DNA of 64,000 bases from Lama guanicoe (taxonomy: Eukaryota), in assembly GCA_013239625.1 (NCBI GenBank), contig MU053934.1:11937413-12001412 (forward strand), in the 5' to 3' direction. Below, in pieces: positions 10,616 to 24,464 of the stretch; the stretch's first letter is position 1; each line of letters starts with the position of its first letter. The translations under genes and the position numbers were made by a program. The notes beneath the pieces are model-generated. The model was not told the origin of the DNA and searched no databases. It worked only from the letters and a program-made list of their open reading frames with translations.

Positions 10616-13600
10616 TCAGATCTTAAACCAACCTCGCCACCCCCCAGGGCTGTTGCGTTATTTGCTTTGCGACATGGGTCGCTGTGGTGATGCCCGTTTC
10701 CCTCAGTGTGCAGCCTCTGGCGTCACTCCGGGGACTTGGCAATGGGCCTGGGCAGTCACCCTGGATGACAGGGGTCTCGGCAGGGCTCCCACTGCTGGCC
10801 TCTCTCCCTGCCTCCCTGTCCAGCTGCCTGCCGCGTTTGGCGTCACACCAGCCTGTGAGCGCCATGGGTCCCCTGCGATCGCCCTGCTGTCCCCACAGGC
10901 TGGCGCCAGACCGCTCAGCGGGCCGATCCATCCAAGCCCAGGCTCGGGCGCTCTCTGAGGCCATCTGCGAGGCTAGTCCTGACCCAGGAGGGCTCTTCCC
11001 TGGCCTCTCTGGGAGCCCAGCTGCGCAGAGGGCAGCGCGCTGCTGTCAGCCGAGAAGAGCTGCTGTTTCCAAGAGGCCTGAACTTCCGCACGCTCGGTTT
11101 CAAACAAAGTTGGCTCCTTCGGGGAGCCGCGGGTGCTTTTCTGTGGACCACCTCTCCCTCTGGCAGAGTCTCGGAGCCACTGCTCTGGGCCAGGCACGCC
11201 CTGTGGTCCTCAGTCTTGCCTCTCCTGGTGTGGACTCTCCTCCACGGAAGAGCAGGGGCGGGGTGGTCAGCCCACCACGCCTGGGTAGAGCCTCCACCTG
11301 ACGGGGGGCCGGGCGTCGCGGGGGCTTCCGACCTCGGCCACGTTCCCCGGGAACGCGACGCAGGCCCTCCTGGAGCTGGAAGGGGCGAGGCGCGCTGTGG
11401 GCTGCCCTGGCGTGCTACGGCGGCCGCCGGGGCTGAGGGGAGGGCGAGTGCCATCATGGCCATGGCTGGCTTTGTCTGCCTGGAATCAAGCTTCCATCCA
11501 GCTGGGCTGGTGGGCAGGAGGAAAGGAGAGGGTCCTGGCACAAACGCCACGGGGTCTCGGCCTTCTTACCAAGTTTTAGTAGATTTTATTGAATAAATAT
11601 GTCTTCACTTGCTGTCCACCCAGAGGACAATTTCCAGAGACTTTAAATGGGTTTTTAAAAAGTGTTTGCACGTCTGCTGGTTTTGCTGACGAGCAGGCTG
11701 CGGATCCCCTGCAACCACCGCCTTGGAACTGGTACTGTCACACTAAAATTCGTGTCTCTGGCCCAGACCACCCGCCAGCACGTGCAGCTGTGCCCTGGCT
11801 ACGCCCTCTTTGGTCCCTTAGGTTAGGTTACCCCCCAAGATAACTGCCCGGGTGCCTGTCTGCAAAGCCCCCCATGCGCCAGTGACGGCGCCGGGGATGC
11901 GGATGGCCCTGCGCTCGGGCCGCCCTCGCAGCCCCCCCGCCCCTCCAGGCACCAGCAGCAGCTTCTCCCACCTGCCCCCCTCCCTTCATGGCAGAGCCTC
12001 GCCCTCTCTCTCCTGGGCAGCGAGTCGTCGCCATCCAATAAGTTAATCCACATTTATTGACTGAGGCCAAGCTCTGAGCTCAGCGCCTCCGGGAGGCCAC
12101 GCCGGCCTTGACCTCCAGGGGTGGATGGACCACAGCTGCCCTCACTTCCAGGCACTTGCCTGGGCCTGCTGGATCTGAGATCTGGTGCCAAGCCACGTCC
12201 TCTGAGCTAGAACGCTCTAGAACGAATTTCACATTGGAGGGTTGGAAGGAGAGTTCCCACTCCAGCAAGACGGTGGTCCAGATCTGCTGAAGGCGCCACG
12301 CCCAGCTCCAGTTTCAAATTCCTAGAAACGATGGGGAAAGTGCCAGCTGCCTCTGACGCTCCGAGCCGTGAGGAGAGGCCCCGGGACGCAGTCAGCCGGG
12401 AGGGGGCTGGGAGGGCGCGGGTTGCACACACAGGTGTCCTGGGGGCGCATTTAGTCTCACTGTGGTGAGGAGTCGCCATGTGGGGGTCGGGCTCGGGGAG
12501 GAACCCCAGGCCTTGTGTGTCTTCGGGGAGGGAACCTGCGACCACAGAGCCGCCTGTCGCTTCACATCACCCCAGCAGCCCCCTTGCCAGGGGAGGCACC
12601 GCCGGCACAGCCAGGAGTCCCCCGTCACCTGAAGCTGGGCCCTGAGCGGGGCCCAGGCCAGTGTGAGGAGCCCCCAGGGGGCTCTACCTGCCTCTTCCAG
12701 CCCCTGGAGACCCAGGGCTGCCCCCCCGGCCCCAGCCCCCACTGTGGCCTGCTCCTAGCTGGTCCCACCTCCTCAGAGGGACCTCAGAGGGAGGAGGACA
12801 AAGAGCGGGCCAGCCACACCCTCCGGCCTCCTGCTCTGACGCCTCCCAACTCTTCCAAACAAAGAAAACACTTCTGACTATGAGGTGGTGCGGTGAGCTT
12901 TGTCCCCATCTGGGAAACACGTCACCGCGGCCGTGTCCACCGCTAGGGAGTGGCCGGGCCGCAGACGAGCTTTCAAAGGCGCCGAACTAATGAGACCCAG
13001 CCTCTCGCGTCCTGGCCCCGCCTAGGGATGAGCCGGTCCTCAGCCTGGCGGCTTTGCTGCGGGGCTGAAAGGGGGCTCTGAGTTCCCATTTTCACTCGCC
13101 CCCTGCACTGCCCGCCCTCAGGGGCGGCGTCCCAGACACCCAGCCCCTCACCGCCCCCCCACGCTCGGAGCCCCATGCCGAGGGCCACAGTGGGAAGGAA
13201 AGGGAAACGTGAATGTCACCTAGAGGTGACCCCTCCCCTGATGTGGGCCCTGAGGATGCCCTGCAGGGGCCGGGGCTCCTGGGGTCAAGATGAGTGGTGA
13301 GGAGGAGCCCAGCCGGTCAGCTGGGCCTCCGCCCGCGTCCAGGACGGGCCCTGTGCCCACAGCCCCCGCGTCTGCTCCTTCTCAGCCCGACTGAGTGGGC
13401 TCCAGAGGGGGGGCCCCCACCTCTAGACTCCAAACCCCCAGATGGGGCTCCCTGCAGGAGGGGCTTCCAGACACCATGCGGGGTGGGCTGGGCTTGGCTG
13501 GGCCCACCCATCACCGTGGGGGCTGCGCCCTGCCTGCTGGGCCGGCAGGGGAGTCTCCGGGTCCACAGCGCCCTCCGCACCCTGGGCGATCAGAAGCCAA

Positions 13601-13893
13601 ACGCGGAACACTCCCAGCCTGGGAGTGAAGCCCCCACGGGGCTCCGCACCCATGCCCCACCTGCACCCCCGCCCAGGGTCCCAGACGCCCCAGGTCTCGC
13701 TGTCCTGGTCGCAAACATGCCCGTGAATTGATACCGGGTACCATTTCAGATCCCAAGGGCATGCCCCAACTCTGCCCCAAATCATTAAACTTTTCCTTGT
13801 ATATTTTATGCTTTTCTCCCTAACTTCGGGGTCACACACATCAGTCTAGTCAGGTTAGTCCTGTCGCCGGCACCAGGCCGGCAAAGAGCGCGC

Positions 13894-13907
13894 CTGCCAC
13901 CTGGTGG
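13894..13907 (-). promoter_or_regulatory. Candidate CTCF site
   Basis: Minus strand reads CCACCAGGTGGCAG, a close match to the CTCF core. Confidence 0.5.
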
Positions 13908-15911
13908 CTCTTTAGGGAATGACACCAGCAGTGGGACTGGGCGGGGGTCGCCCAGGAGAGGGGGCCCCCGGGAACCCCGCAGACAGGGCCCCTCCGCCAG
14001 GGCAGTGGCTGAGAGAATCAACACCAGCTCCTTAGACGCCGTGGGAAATGCCTGCTGCCTGCCACGCCCTCCAAGGGGCCTGGGGGCCAAGTCTGGGGCT
14101 GGCCCGCCCTCGGCCTCCCCTGCCCGGCTAAGCCTGGTAAGGTCGGGGCAGATTCGGGAGACGGGACCCCCAGGCTCAGGCACTGGGCATGCAGGGAGGG
14201 CCTGGGCTGCCTGGGAGGCAAAGGGGCTGGAACGGAGAGGCCTTGGGTCCATGTGGGCAGGGCCACTGCCAGCCCACTTCCACCTCCTACTGGACCCGAG
14301 TCCCCCAGAGAGGCCCCTCGCAAGGACAAGGGCAGTGCCACACTGGACAGCCTGTGGGTCCCTTCCCTCCCCAGGCCCAGGGGGCCGGAGCGGACCCCGG
14401 GGGGGCCGTGCTGCCTCGTCAGGTGGCCGCCAGGTCAGACCCACGCCACAGGGACCCAGGATGGGGAAGAGCCGGCCCCCACTTCCTGCTCAGGAAACCC
14501 CGCGCTCCCTGCAGATTTCACCCCAACTGCCTCCTCTTGTTTATTTTTAGATCAGCTACTTCACAGAAATTCAAATTCTAAATATCTTTTAAACTATATT
14601 CTTGCTTTTAAGCAAAACTTATTTTTATTAATAAAAATCACTGCGCACACTCAACATCGTCAGAGAATCCTCTTCAAATAGACCCTGAGCAACTTTCCAA
14701 CTTTTTCCCGGAAACCCACATCTGATGGCGGACGACCCAACAGCCTTTGTGACAAAATAACATTCTCAGATCCCAGGGGCCCTAAACAGTGTTCACAGAA
14801 GCCCTGACCTGCTCACACGCCACGCCCAGCACCCAGCACACAGCAGGCGATGGACGCGCGTCTGCAGATGCAGATGGCCGTGGGGCAGAAGCCACCTCGG
14901 CCATCCCCATGGAGCCCGGGCCTGCCCTGGGAGCGGCGGGGACGGGGCGGCTTCCAGAGGCAGCACTGACCACAAGAGGCCTGGAGGGCAGGGACCCTGG
15001 ACCCCCCCAAGGGACCAGGAGGACAGAGCGGGGGAGGGCCCTGCCGGCCCCAGCTGGACCGCACACGTCCCTCAAGGCCCAAGCCCCCTCTCCAGCTTAG
15101 AGGACACTGCCCGCCACGGTCCCAGGCTCAGGACCCGGGGGCCCCACGATGCCAGAGCGCCCTGGGTGGGATCCCCCACCACAAGCCCTGAATGCCCTGG
15201 TGTCCCTGGGAGACGGTCATTTGTGTTATTTGTACACTTGTTGGGAAACAGAAATAATGGTTTGTCTACAAAGTTGGAAGGGGACCACGAATAGGAGTTT
15301 AATTTATAACTGAGTCAGACACATTTTTCTAAATCTCTTCAAATTGTTTTCTCAGGGACAAGCAAGCTACAGGGCAAGTGCGCCTCCTGGGGCCACCTGC
15401 CAGGACACCTGCCGGGGCCACGTGTGGTGATGCATCAGAGCTGACAGCTGTGAACCAGAGGAGGAGCTAATGTCACCGCGTCCCTGGAGAGTAAGGTCCA
15501 CAGCAGAGACGTGTCTCCGGAAAGACCGCGAGCCAGGGCCTCTTCAGAGCGCTCCAAACGTGAAGTCGCACCTTCGGGCGTTTAGCCTGACAGGTAGTGA
15601 TGCTGACGATCAGGTGGTGATCAGGGCTCCGGACGGAAACCGGCCAGAGAGCCGGTGGCCACGGGAGCCAGGCCATGAGCGCCCCCCAGGCCATCAGGCC
15701 CTGTGAGTGAGCTGGCGGGAGCTCCTGGAGAAGCAGACAGGACTCAGGCACACAAACACCCCCAGCTCACTCACCGCCGTCTCCTGGCTTCTGTGGCTGC
15801 TGCGGGTAAGTCGGCTGTAGTTTCTGTCTATTTTCCCCTTCTGCACTCGGGGTCTTCTCTGAGCACTCGGTTTAAACAACACACCTTCATGTGCTTAGAA
15901 CTTCCTCGATA

Positions 15912-16087
15912 CGTGGATGGATGGAAGGATGGATGGATGGATCGGTCAGCAGGTGGGTGGACGGATGGATTTTGGATGGATGATGGATGGACAGATGGAG
16001 GGACCACTGGGTTTGGGGTGGATGGATGGATGGATGGGGAGTGGGTGGGTGGATGACGGACTGACAGACGGAGAGCTAGATGGATGA
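15912..16087. repeat. (TGGA)n degenerate simple repeat
   Basis: tggatggatggaaggatggatggatgg arrays. Confidence 0.9.
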
Positions 16088-16694
16088 CCCTCCAGATCAC
16101 CAGGAACTGCCCAGACCTCATTACGCCCCTGCTGAGCTCTAAGCCTCCTCTCACCTGGAGGTGTGACATAAATGCTCCCAGGTAACTCCTTACTCACCCT
16201 GAGGACTCGTCCTACGGGTCGATCACCAACTCGCACCCACCCATCTCACAGTGGAGACGGCAGCCACTGGGGACCAGCTGACGGGCACTGGCCTGGATTC
16301 TGCACACACCTCGGAATGTCCCTCTCAGCCACCCACGCCACGCCAGTCAGCAGCCTTCTGAACCCCGCCCCTCCCCCAGATTCAGCTCCTCCCTCCAAAA
16401 ACCCCTTGAGGGATGGTCTGTCGTGTTGTTTCACCTTTCCTGCAGCGCACGTGTCCTGCCTGCAGCCGCCCTGCCCAACTCAGGGACACGAGCCTGCCCT
16501 CAAGGAGCTCGCAGAAAGAGGAGCAGCAGACACAAGGATGGGCGAGTCACGATGGCAGCAGGAGCTGTGCACCCCGGAGAAGGGGGGGAGGAGTCCAGAG
16601 GGCTGCCTGGAGGAGGTGGCCCTGCACTGAGCCACCAGAAATGAGTGGGAAAGCTGCTGGTCCTAACCCCTGAGCCCCCGTGGGCGCTCTGCCG

Positions 16695-18170
16695 ACGTTC
16701 CAGTTGAAGAAATTCCCCGCGTTCCTGTTTTGCTGAGAGGTGTTGGATTTTGTCAAATGGCTTTTTTGCATCTGTTGATACAATTGCATGACTTTTTTCT
16801 TCTTTAGCCTGTTGACGTGGTGGATTCCTTCACTGATATTTTTGGACATTGAACCAACCTGGCTTACGTGAAACAAACCCCACTTGTTCACTGTCTTGGT
16901 GTATTCTTTTTATTCATGGTCAGATTCGTTCTGCTAATATTTTGCTGAGAACGTCTGCATCTCATGCTTATAAAAAACATTGCTCGATAGTTTTCTTTTC
17001 TTGTAATTAATGTCTTTGTCTTGGTATTAGGGTAATGTAGCTTCTAGAATGTGTTACAAGATGGTCTCTCTGCTTCTATTTTCCGGAACAGACTGTGGAG
17101 AATTGGTATAATTTCTCCTTAAAAGTCTGGCAGAATGCACCAGGGAGGCCATCTGGGTGCTCTCTGTTTGGAAAGGTTCATCGCCAATTCAATTTCTTTG
17201 ATAGAGGCCTGTGAGGATTGTCTGTTTCTCGTTGTGGGACTTCTTGCAAACTGCGTCTTTCAAGGAATCGGTCCGTTTCATCTTGGTTATCAAATCTGTG
17301 GGGCATAGTGCACCCTCGCTGTCCGCTCAGCGTCCACGGGATCTGGAGTGGTGACTCATCTTTCCGACATGATCAGTTTGTTATTCTGTTCTTCTTCTCA
17401 GCTTGGCTAGAGTTTTATCAGTTTTATTAATCTTTTCAAAGAACAAACTTTTAGTTTCAATGATCTTGTCTATTGTTTTTCTGTTTCAAATTTCATTAAC
17501 TTTGACCGTTTTTTATTGTTTATTTCTCCTCCTTAGTTTGGATTTAATTTGCTCTGCTTTCTAGCTTCCTAAGGTGAGAGCTTAATTGCCGGTCTCAGAT
17601 CTTTCCTCCGTCTCATGTGCGCGTTCCTCTGTAAATTTCCTCACAAGCGCCATGTGGGCCGCGTCCTGCCGGCTTTGGTAACCGGTGTGTTCATTTTCAC
17701 TTACTTCACAGTATTCTTCAATCTCGAGACTTTTCTTTGACGTTTATGTGTTTTGTTCTCCAAGTATTTTGGGATCTCCCAGCTACCTTTTCTCTGGCTG
17801 ATTTCTGGTTTAATGCCTCTGTGGTCTGAGAGCATGCCTTTTATGATTTCTGCTTTTTTACATCTGTTAGGGTGTGTTTTATGGCCCAGAAGGGGACCTG
17901 CTGTGGTGAAAGTTCCACACGAGCCTGAGGGAAATCTGTTTTCTGCTTCGCTGGATGAAGCAGGCTCCCGACGTCAGTTAGGTCCAGTTGACGGATGGGG
18001 TTGCCGAGTTCAGCTGCGTCTTTATAATTTCCTGCCTGCTGGGCCTGCCCACCACTAACAGGACTGTTGCTGTGTCCATCAGAGAGGAGTTGTCCATTTC
18101 TCCTTGCAGTTCTTTTATTTTTTGCCCCACTGTTTAGATGCTCTGTCTCTGGTGCAGACACATCTACCTT
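16695..18170 (-). mobile_element. LINE-1 ORF2 remnant (RT toward endonuclease region)
   Basis: ORF 16547-16891 contains IHHVNRLKKK, an L1 RT-type segment; AT-rich L1 signatures such as ttttcaaagaacaaacttttagtttca and ttttatggcccaga. Confidence 0.8.
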
Positions 18171-21100
18171 TGCCAGAAGGTCTGGGTGGGCAGGGAGGAG
18201 GGGCTTGACGGAGGAGAGGGAGGCAAGGCCCAGGCCAGTTTGGCAAACCCAGCAAGGGGCACCTAGCTGCCCCTGCCCCGGGGTGCACGTGCAGCCTGTG
18301 CTGTGGGGCTCAGACCCCTGGGTGGTAACATTCACCTGAGGGGGCCCAGAAGACAGATGCTGGCATGGTCCCGTGGCCCCACATCCTGGTGCCCACACTT
18401 TGGGTGGCCCCCTCCCTGTGGACAGGACCCATGACTTGCTTTTGGCCAAGAGAACAGGATGCAGGTGAGGGCGCCCACGACCGTGTGCACGGGGTTTCCT
18501 CATGCAGGACCGCGGCCACGTCAGGGCCAGCCTCTGGCAGACAGCCAGCAGGAAAGGGCGCTGCAGTCCTACACCCAGAAGAAACAGGACGGTGCCAACC
18601 ACCCAGCTGAGTGCAGAGACCAAGCGACAGCACGCGCACACGGTAAGAAACGCTGCAGTGGGCAGTTGCGTTCTGCGGCAGGGACACTGACGCGACCGCT
18701 GGTGCAGCTGGTCTCCGGCCGGGGCTTGAACGCCCAGGAGCCCGGGGGACAACGCTACCAGCGGCCCCACCCCTCAGCACCAGGGCCACTGCATCCTGGG
18801 CTGAGCTGGACGCCGAGATCTCGTGGGAAGGAAGTGGGGCAGGAATTGTGTCAGGACCACAGCTGTGAGCGGGCGACCCACGTGGGTGGGCAGCGGGGCC
18901 CACGGGGGTCCCGCAGGGCTGTGGTGCGAGGCCCCCTCCCGCCCCCACCGGCCCCCCGGCTCCAGCTCCCAGCTGCTGGCTCAGAGTCCAGTTTCCTGGG
19001 GACAGTCACTATAATCAGAAGCAAATTCCATCGACGTGACGTGATTAAGAGACAATGCCAGTGAACCCAAGGGCGGCCGCGGCGGGCGAGGACGGCGCCA
19101 GCAGCCGGCGCTAGTGCAGCACGGTGCGCGCGCGTTGTCTGGAGGGAACCGCCATGGATTTCAAATGCCTTCCAACTTTGATTTCCTTCCGCACTCTCCA
19201 AGTAACCCCAGCCCCACTGCTAATTCATTCCAGTTAAATCTGCCTTCTCTCATCAAAAGAAAAGATCATGCATTTTATTTTCAATTAACTTGCAGGAATC
19301 TATCAGGAGCAATCCAGCTGAACCTCATCATTCACAATCCAGTTTCTCAAACTGCCAGGAGCCAGGAGGGGCGAACACACCCCGCTCTCCCGGCAGAGCC
19401 CCCCTGCCCGGCCAGCCCTGTCCTTCCCCAAGGCTCTCGGTGGACCTCGCTGGCAGGACACGGGCCCTGGCCACCCACACGGAAGGGCCAGCTCCCAGAA
19501 CACAGGCGGTGCTGGCCTCGGAGCCCCCAGCAGGACTGGAAGCGGTCTGAGGGGCCAGTGGTCCCATGGCTCCCAGCCCTACGTCCCAGGGGCATCCGAT
19601 GGGCCCACCTGTGGGCTGTTGATACACGTGGCCAGTTCTGGCGTGTCTCTGGACAAGACCGTGCCTGCACCCAAGATCCCTGTCTGACCTCACACCTGCA
19701 TCCAGCACAGCCGCGTAAGAGTGACTGTCTCCCAGAGGCCTCCCTCGCACAAAACGCTTCTCCAGGCTTGCTGGGCCCAGTCCTCGCCGGTAGAGGTGGG
19801 TAAGTGAGGGCAGCTCATTCTGTCCTGAGGACACAAACACCCCCGTCCCTCGGCCGCTGCCCCGTCCCAGCCCAGCTCCTCAGGTGGCTCCCCCTGCCCG
19901 CCCACACCTGTGGTCTCCAGGTCACCTCTGACCCCATCAGTCACCCGCCCTCCACTTCTGGAAGCTTCTCCACTCAGCGTCCAGGAAGCCTCACTCTCTG
20001 GCTCTTCCTCAGGCCCAGACCCCAGACCCCTCTGCTCTGAACACATCCCCTTGCTGGGGGCCTTCCCTCCTTCCAGCGAATCCATGCCCGCCGCACCCCA
20101 TCTCCCGCTTTCTCCAGCTCTCAGTTTCACTCCCCTCTGGACGTCCTGAGAACCTAGACTCTCATGTCCAAGACCAGCCACAAGGCCACCCCCAACCTCC
20201 CCAGGACCGCCACCCTGGCTGACACCACTCTCCGGTTTCCTGGGGCTCCCGCCACTGCCCACACCCCACCCATCAGCACACCTGAGGCCCACCTGAGCAC
20301 CCAGCCCATCCAGCTCCCCCTCAGGGTGCAGCCGCCCAGAGCCCCGGGCCGCGCAGGTGGCTGTGGGGAGGCCCGGGGCCCGGGAGGAGGACCACTGCAG
20401 GGAGGCTCCTCAGGCCCTTCAGGGATCCGCTGCGGGGAGGGGCGCACACCCAGGCCTGGGGCAGCCCTGGGGACTCCCGTGCCAGGTGGGAGGCAGAGGG
20501 CAGGGAGCCAGCCGCCGCCCCCCCAGCCCAGCCCTGCACCAGCCCCCGGAGCCCAGCTCCAGCAGCTGCATCCGCGGCTCTGAGCCTTCTTCCCCAGCTC
20601 TGGGCTGTTTAATATTCACAGAGGCCGAGATCCACTCGGGGCGCCGGCAAAGTCGAAGCGTCTGCTACTTATAAATTAAAACAAACGTGCTGCTTCTCTA
20701 AGGGCATCGGCTGTAATAGGCCGAAACCAGCACATCACATACCGTGATTTAGGGGCAGAAAGCCTGTGCTCACCATTAGCAAGCACCAGGAAGACGCCGC
20801 TGCCCCCGGGCGGCAGGCCGGGCCCCGCTGGCCAGGCTGCTCCCCGCGCCGGGGCTGGCTGGCGCGGGTCCGTCCGGGGGGTGCTCAGCTGCGCAGCCCC
20901 CAACTCCGGCCGCCAGCCGCAGCCCAGCCCCCGGGGCGGGGCAGAAGCACAGACCCCAGGCGCACACCCACGCGTCCACAGCAGCCTCTGCAGGGACACT
21001 GCCGCCGCGCTCAGCGCACTCAGCGGGCTGGAAGCACAGACACGGGAGTGTGTGCACGTGTCTGGCTGGTGTCTGTTCGTCAAGCAGCCCCTTAGAGCCC

Positions 21101-22642
21101 AGCCCTCCGCTCGGGGGAAGGGGGGAGACACCTCCGGCCACTTCTCCTGTGGCAGGAGGGCGCCAGGGAGGTGACTCCGCCGCTGGCTCGAACCTGGGGG
21201 CTGAGCCACCAGCGCAGAGCCCCGCCTGTCCTCAGACCTCACCAATCACCTGAGGCCCCACGCCCACTGTGGGGACAGGTCACGGAGGCTGGGGTCACAG
21301 AGCCAGCGTAGAGCCAGAGGGGGGCAGGGGGATGGGCCACAGCTGCCACTTGCAACTTTGGGCTGTTTTATCAATAACAGCAGGAGCCTGGCCTGCAGCC
21401 ACTCCCCCTCATCCCAGGACCCTTTGCCCACTGCCCCCCACCACCCCGGACCCTGCCACAGCCTCAGACCTCTCTCCCTCCACCAGGGGCACCCATTTTA
21501 GGTCAGGCAAGAGGAGTCGGGGCCTGGAGGGGCCTGGGGGCTTCAGGGTGGGAGCTAGCACCACGAGAGATGAGATGTTTTCATTCATAACGGGAGACAC
21601 GCTGCAGCGAGGGAGCGTACAGAGCCCCATCGTGCGCAGAGAGGAGCATCTCAGGTACGCGACTCAGCCCCGTGTGCCCCGCGCCGGCCCACCTGGCGGC
21701 CGGGGGCCCCGGGGCCTGCCTGCTGCTGGGAGTGCCCGTCCGCGCCCCTGAGAGGGGGGGCCCGGCCCTCCCGGGCGCCCGGTCCTCACGCTCCCCCACC
21801 CAGACAGACCCCCCAGGGAGCCTCTGCTCCCTGCGGTTTCTCTCCAGGTCTGCAGAACAGATCCAAGGCCAGCCCCCTCGGCCTTGACAAATCACTGCCC
21901 GTGTCTCAGTGAGCCACCGATGGAGCCTCAGAACACTGATGAATTTTTAATTTTCAATAACTTGGTGTATGTCGCTTTTTAAGACCAAATAAAATAACCC
22001 CTCCAGCATATCAAAGCATTTATTTTTAAATACAAGTCTCATGTGTAAACCGAGAGACAACCATGAAATTGTGCCCACGCTGAGCCTTGTAACTCAGCAG
22101 TAAGCAAGGGTGGAGACCACGCTACTACCAAATTTGTTTTTATTGAAATGATGCACTTTTAAAGTGAGCTTCTGGCTTATAAACAGCCTCGGGTGAGGAG
22201 GGGGCAACACAGTGCCCCAAGGGGTCCCCACAGCGCCAGCCCAGTGTGCCCGACCGGAGCCTGACCCCTGCAGCCCCCGCCGCCCGGCCAGCGGGTGAAC
22301 ATGTCTGCCCCCCGGGGTGCCCATCCTTTGACACCAGGACCCCATGCAGCTGGGCAGGCAGCTCTTGGGACCCCAGGCCGGGCCCCAGCCAGCCGCACGC
22401 GGAGGGGTCCCCTCGGGCACGCCCGGCTCCGCACGCGCTCCCGGGCCGCGGGCCCCACGCCGTCCCCACACGGGCGCCGTTCGGGCTGCAGACTCCAGTT
22501 CCCTCTGGGACACAAATGCTCTCCATGCTTTGCTTTGTCCACTTTATTCTTTTTTTCATTTCCAGGGTTTGTTTTTTTTTTTTAGTTTTTTTTTTTTTAA
22601 GTATAGTCAGTTTTCTGTGTTTTTTTATCCCCCACGCACAGC

Positions 22643-22653
22643 NNNNNNNNNNN
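22643..22653. other. Assembly gap (11 N) with duplicated flanks
   Basis: Run of N; 22561-22642 is repeated immediately after the gap. Confidence 1.
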
Positions 22654-22654
22654 T

Positions 22655-23185
22655 CCAGGGTTTGTTTTTTTTTTTAGTTTTTTTTTATTTAAGTATAGTC
22701 AGTTTTCAGTGTTGTGTTAGCCCCCACGCACAGCACAGCGATTCAGTTACACACACGCATCCCTTTTCGTATTCTTTCCCAGTACGGGCTGCTGCAGGGC
22801 ACTGAATATTGTCCCTGTGCCACACAGTAGGGCCTTGCTGTTGATCTGTTTATATACAGTAGTGTGTGTCTGCGAATCCCAGACTCCCAGCTTACCCCAC
22901 CCCCCCCACAACCACAAGTCTGTTTGCTATGTCTGTGAGCCTCTTTGTTTGGTACAGAAGTTCATTTGCGCCATTTTTTTAGATTCCACATGCAAGTGAT
23001 TTCATGTGATGTCTGTCTCTGCCTGACTTCAGTTAGTATGGTCATCTCTGGGTCCCTCCAGGTTGCTGGAAATGGCATTTTTTCATTCTTTCCTATGGCT
23101 GAGGGATATTCCATTGTATATACACACCACATCTTCTTATCCAGTCATCTGCCGGCAGACACTTAGGTTGCGTCCATGTCTTGTA
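22655..23185 (-). mobile_element. Artiodactyl-type L1 3' end
   Basis: Poly-T tail, aagtatagtcagtt..., gtccctgtgccacacagtaggg, ttagattccacatgcaagtga, gttgctggaaatggca. Confidence 0.85.
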
Positions 23186-23637
23186 AACACTCTTGACTTT
23201 GAAGATTCTCCACATCGGCATGTAAAGCGCTTCCTGGTTGTTTGCAAACAGCGGCCTTGGACCGCACCACAGGGGTGCCTCCACGCACCTTAGCCATCCC
23301 CCTGGGCGTGACATTTAGGTTGTTTCTAACCTTTTGCTTGGACCAAATTCTGCAACCTGGTAGAGTCATTTCACCCTGGTCAGAAGACACCTGGGGATAA
23401 ACGCCTCGGAGCTGCAGCACCGGGTCCACGGGCGGACGGATGGTTCGACTCCTCTCCAGGGGGCCCCCTCGGCCCTGCCCACCAGCAGCGCCTGGGAGGG
23501 CTCACCCCTTCACCTCCACATTTCCTGTGGTTTTGATTCTTTGCCAACCAATCCTGCAGTTTAGAAATCGCCATTCAGTGCAGCTTGAATTTGCATTTCT
23601 ATTACTATTAGTGAAAATGAGCATTTTTAAATATGTT

Positions 23638-24066
23638 TATTTGCAGCAACGTGAGTGGAACTACAGACTGTCATTCTAAGTGAAGTAAGCCAGAAGGAGA
23701 AAAATACCATATGCTATCACTCCTATGTGGAATCTAAAAAGGAAAAAAAAAGGACGCTATGAATTCGTCTACAAAACAGAAACAGACTCGCAGGCATAGT
23801 GAACAGTCTTATGGTTCCCAGGGGAAAGGGGGTGGGAAGGGATAAATTTGGGAGTTTGAGATTTGCAAATGTTAGCCACTATACATAAAAATAGATTTTT
23901 TTAAAAATATTTCTTCTGTACAGCACAGGGAACTATATTCAATATGCTGTAATAATTTGAATGAAAAAGAGTATGAAAATGAATATACGTATGTGTGTGC
24001 ATGACGGGGACTCTGTGCTGTGCTCTGGAGACGGACGCATTGTAACTGACTGCGCTTCAATAAAGA
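23638..24066 (+). mobile_element. Camelid-type L1 3' end, inserted into an older minus-strand L1 remnant (about 23310-24450)
   Basis: ctaagtgaagtaagccaga...tgtggaatctaaaaa...gggataaatttgggagtttgagatttgca...agcacagggaactatattcaatat...ttgtaactgact...ttcaataaa. Confidence 0.85.
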
Positions 24067-24464
24067 AATGTTTGTAATATATTTATATATTTAGAGCCCG
24101 TTGGATTTACTTTTCTGTGAAATGAGTCCATAGTTTGCCCACTTTTTTCTATCCTGTTAGTGGTGTTTTAAAACCTGATTTGTAGAACCTTTATATGTTA
24201 AGGACATTTTTCTATGGTTTGAGCTGCAAATATTCTTCCTAATTGCTCTTCTGACCTGGTGAATGATGGTGGGTTTTTTTTTACCGTGCCTGCACAACTT
24301 TTTAAATTTTACATTGTTAAATATGTTGAGATTCTCTTTTAGGGTTTCTAGAGGTTGCATCACATTTAGAAAATGATCCCCACTCTGTGGTTACTAAAAA
24401 AATCACAACATGATTTTTTTTCTGGAATTTTAATTCTTCACTTTGACCCTTTGAAATTTACCTG

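Noticed and set aside
10500..16900. Idea that the L1 pieces at 8826-10615 and 16695-18170 are one element split by a 6-kb insertion
   Set aside because: Both contain the same ORF2 segment (gcatctattgagatgatcatg versus gcatctgttgatacaattgcatg), so they are separate copies.
22561..22735. About 82-bp direct duplication around the 11-N gap
   Set aside because: Typical unmerged contig overlap at a poly-T tail; most likely an assembly artefact.
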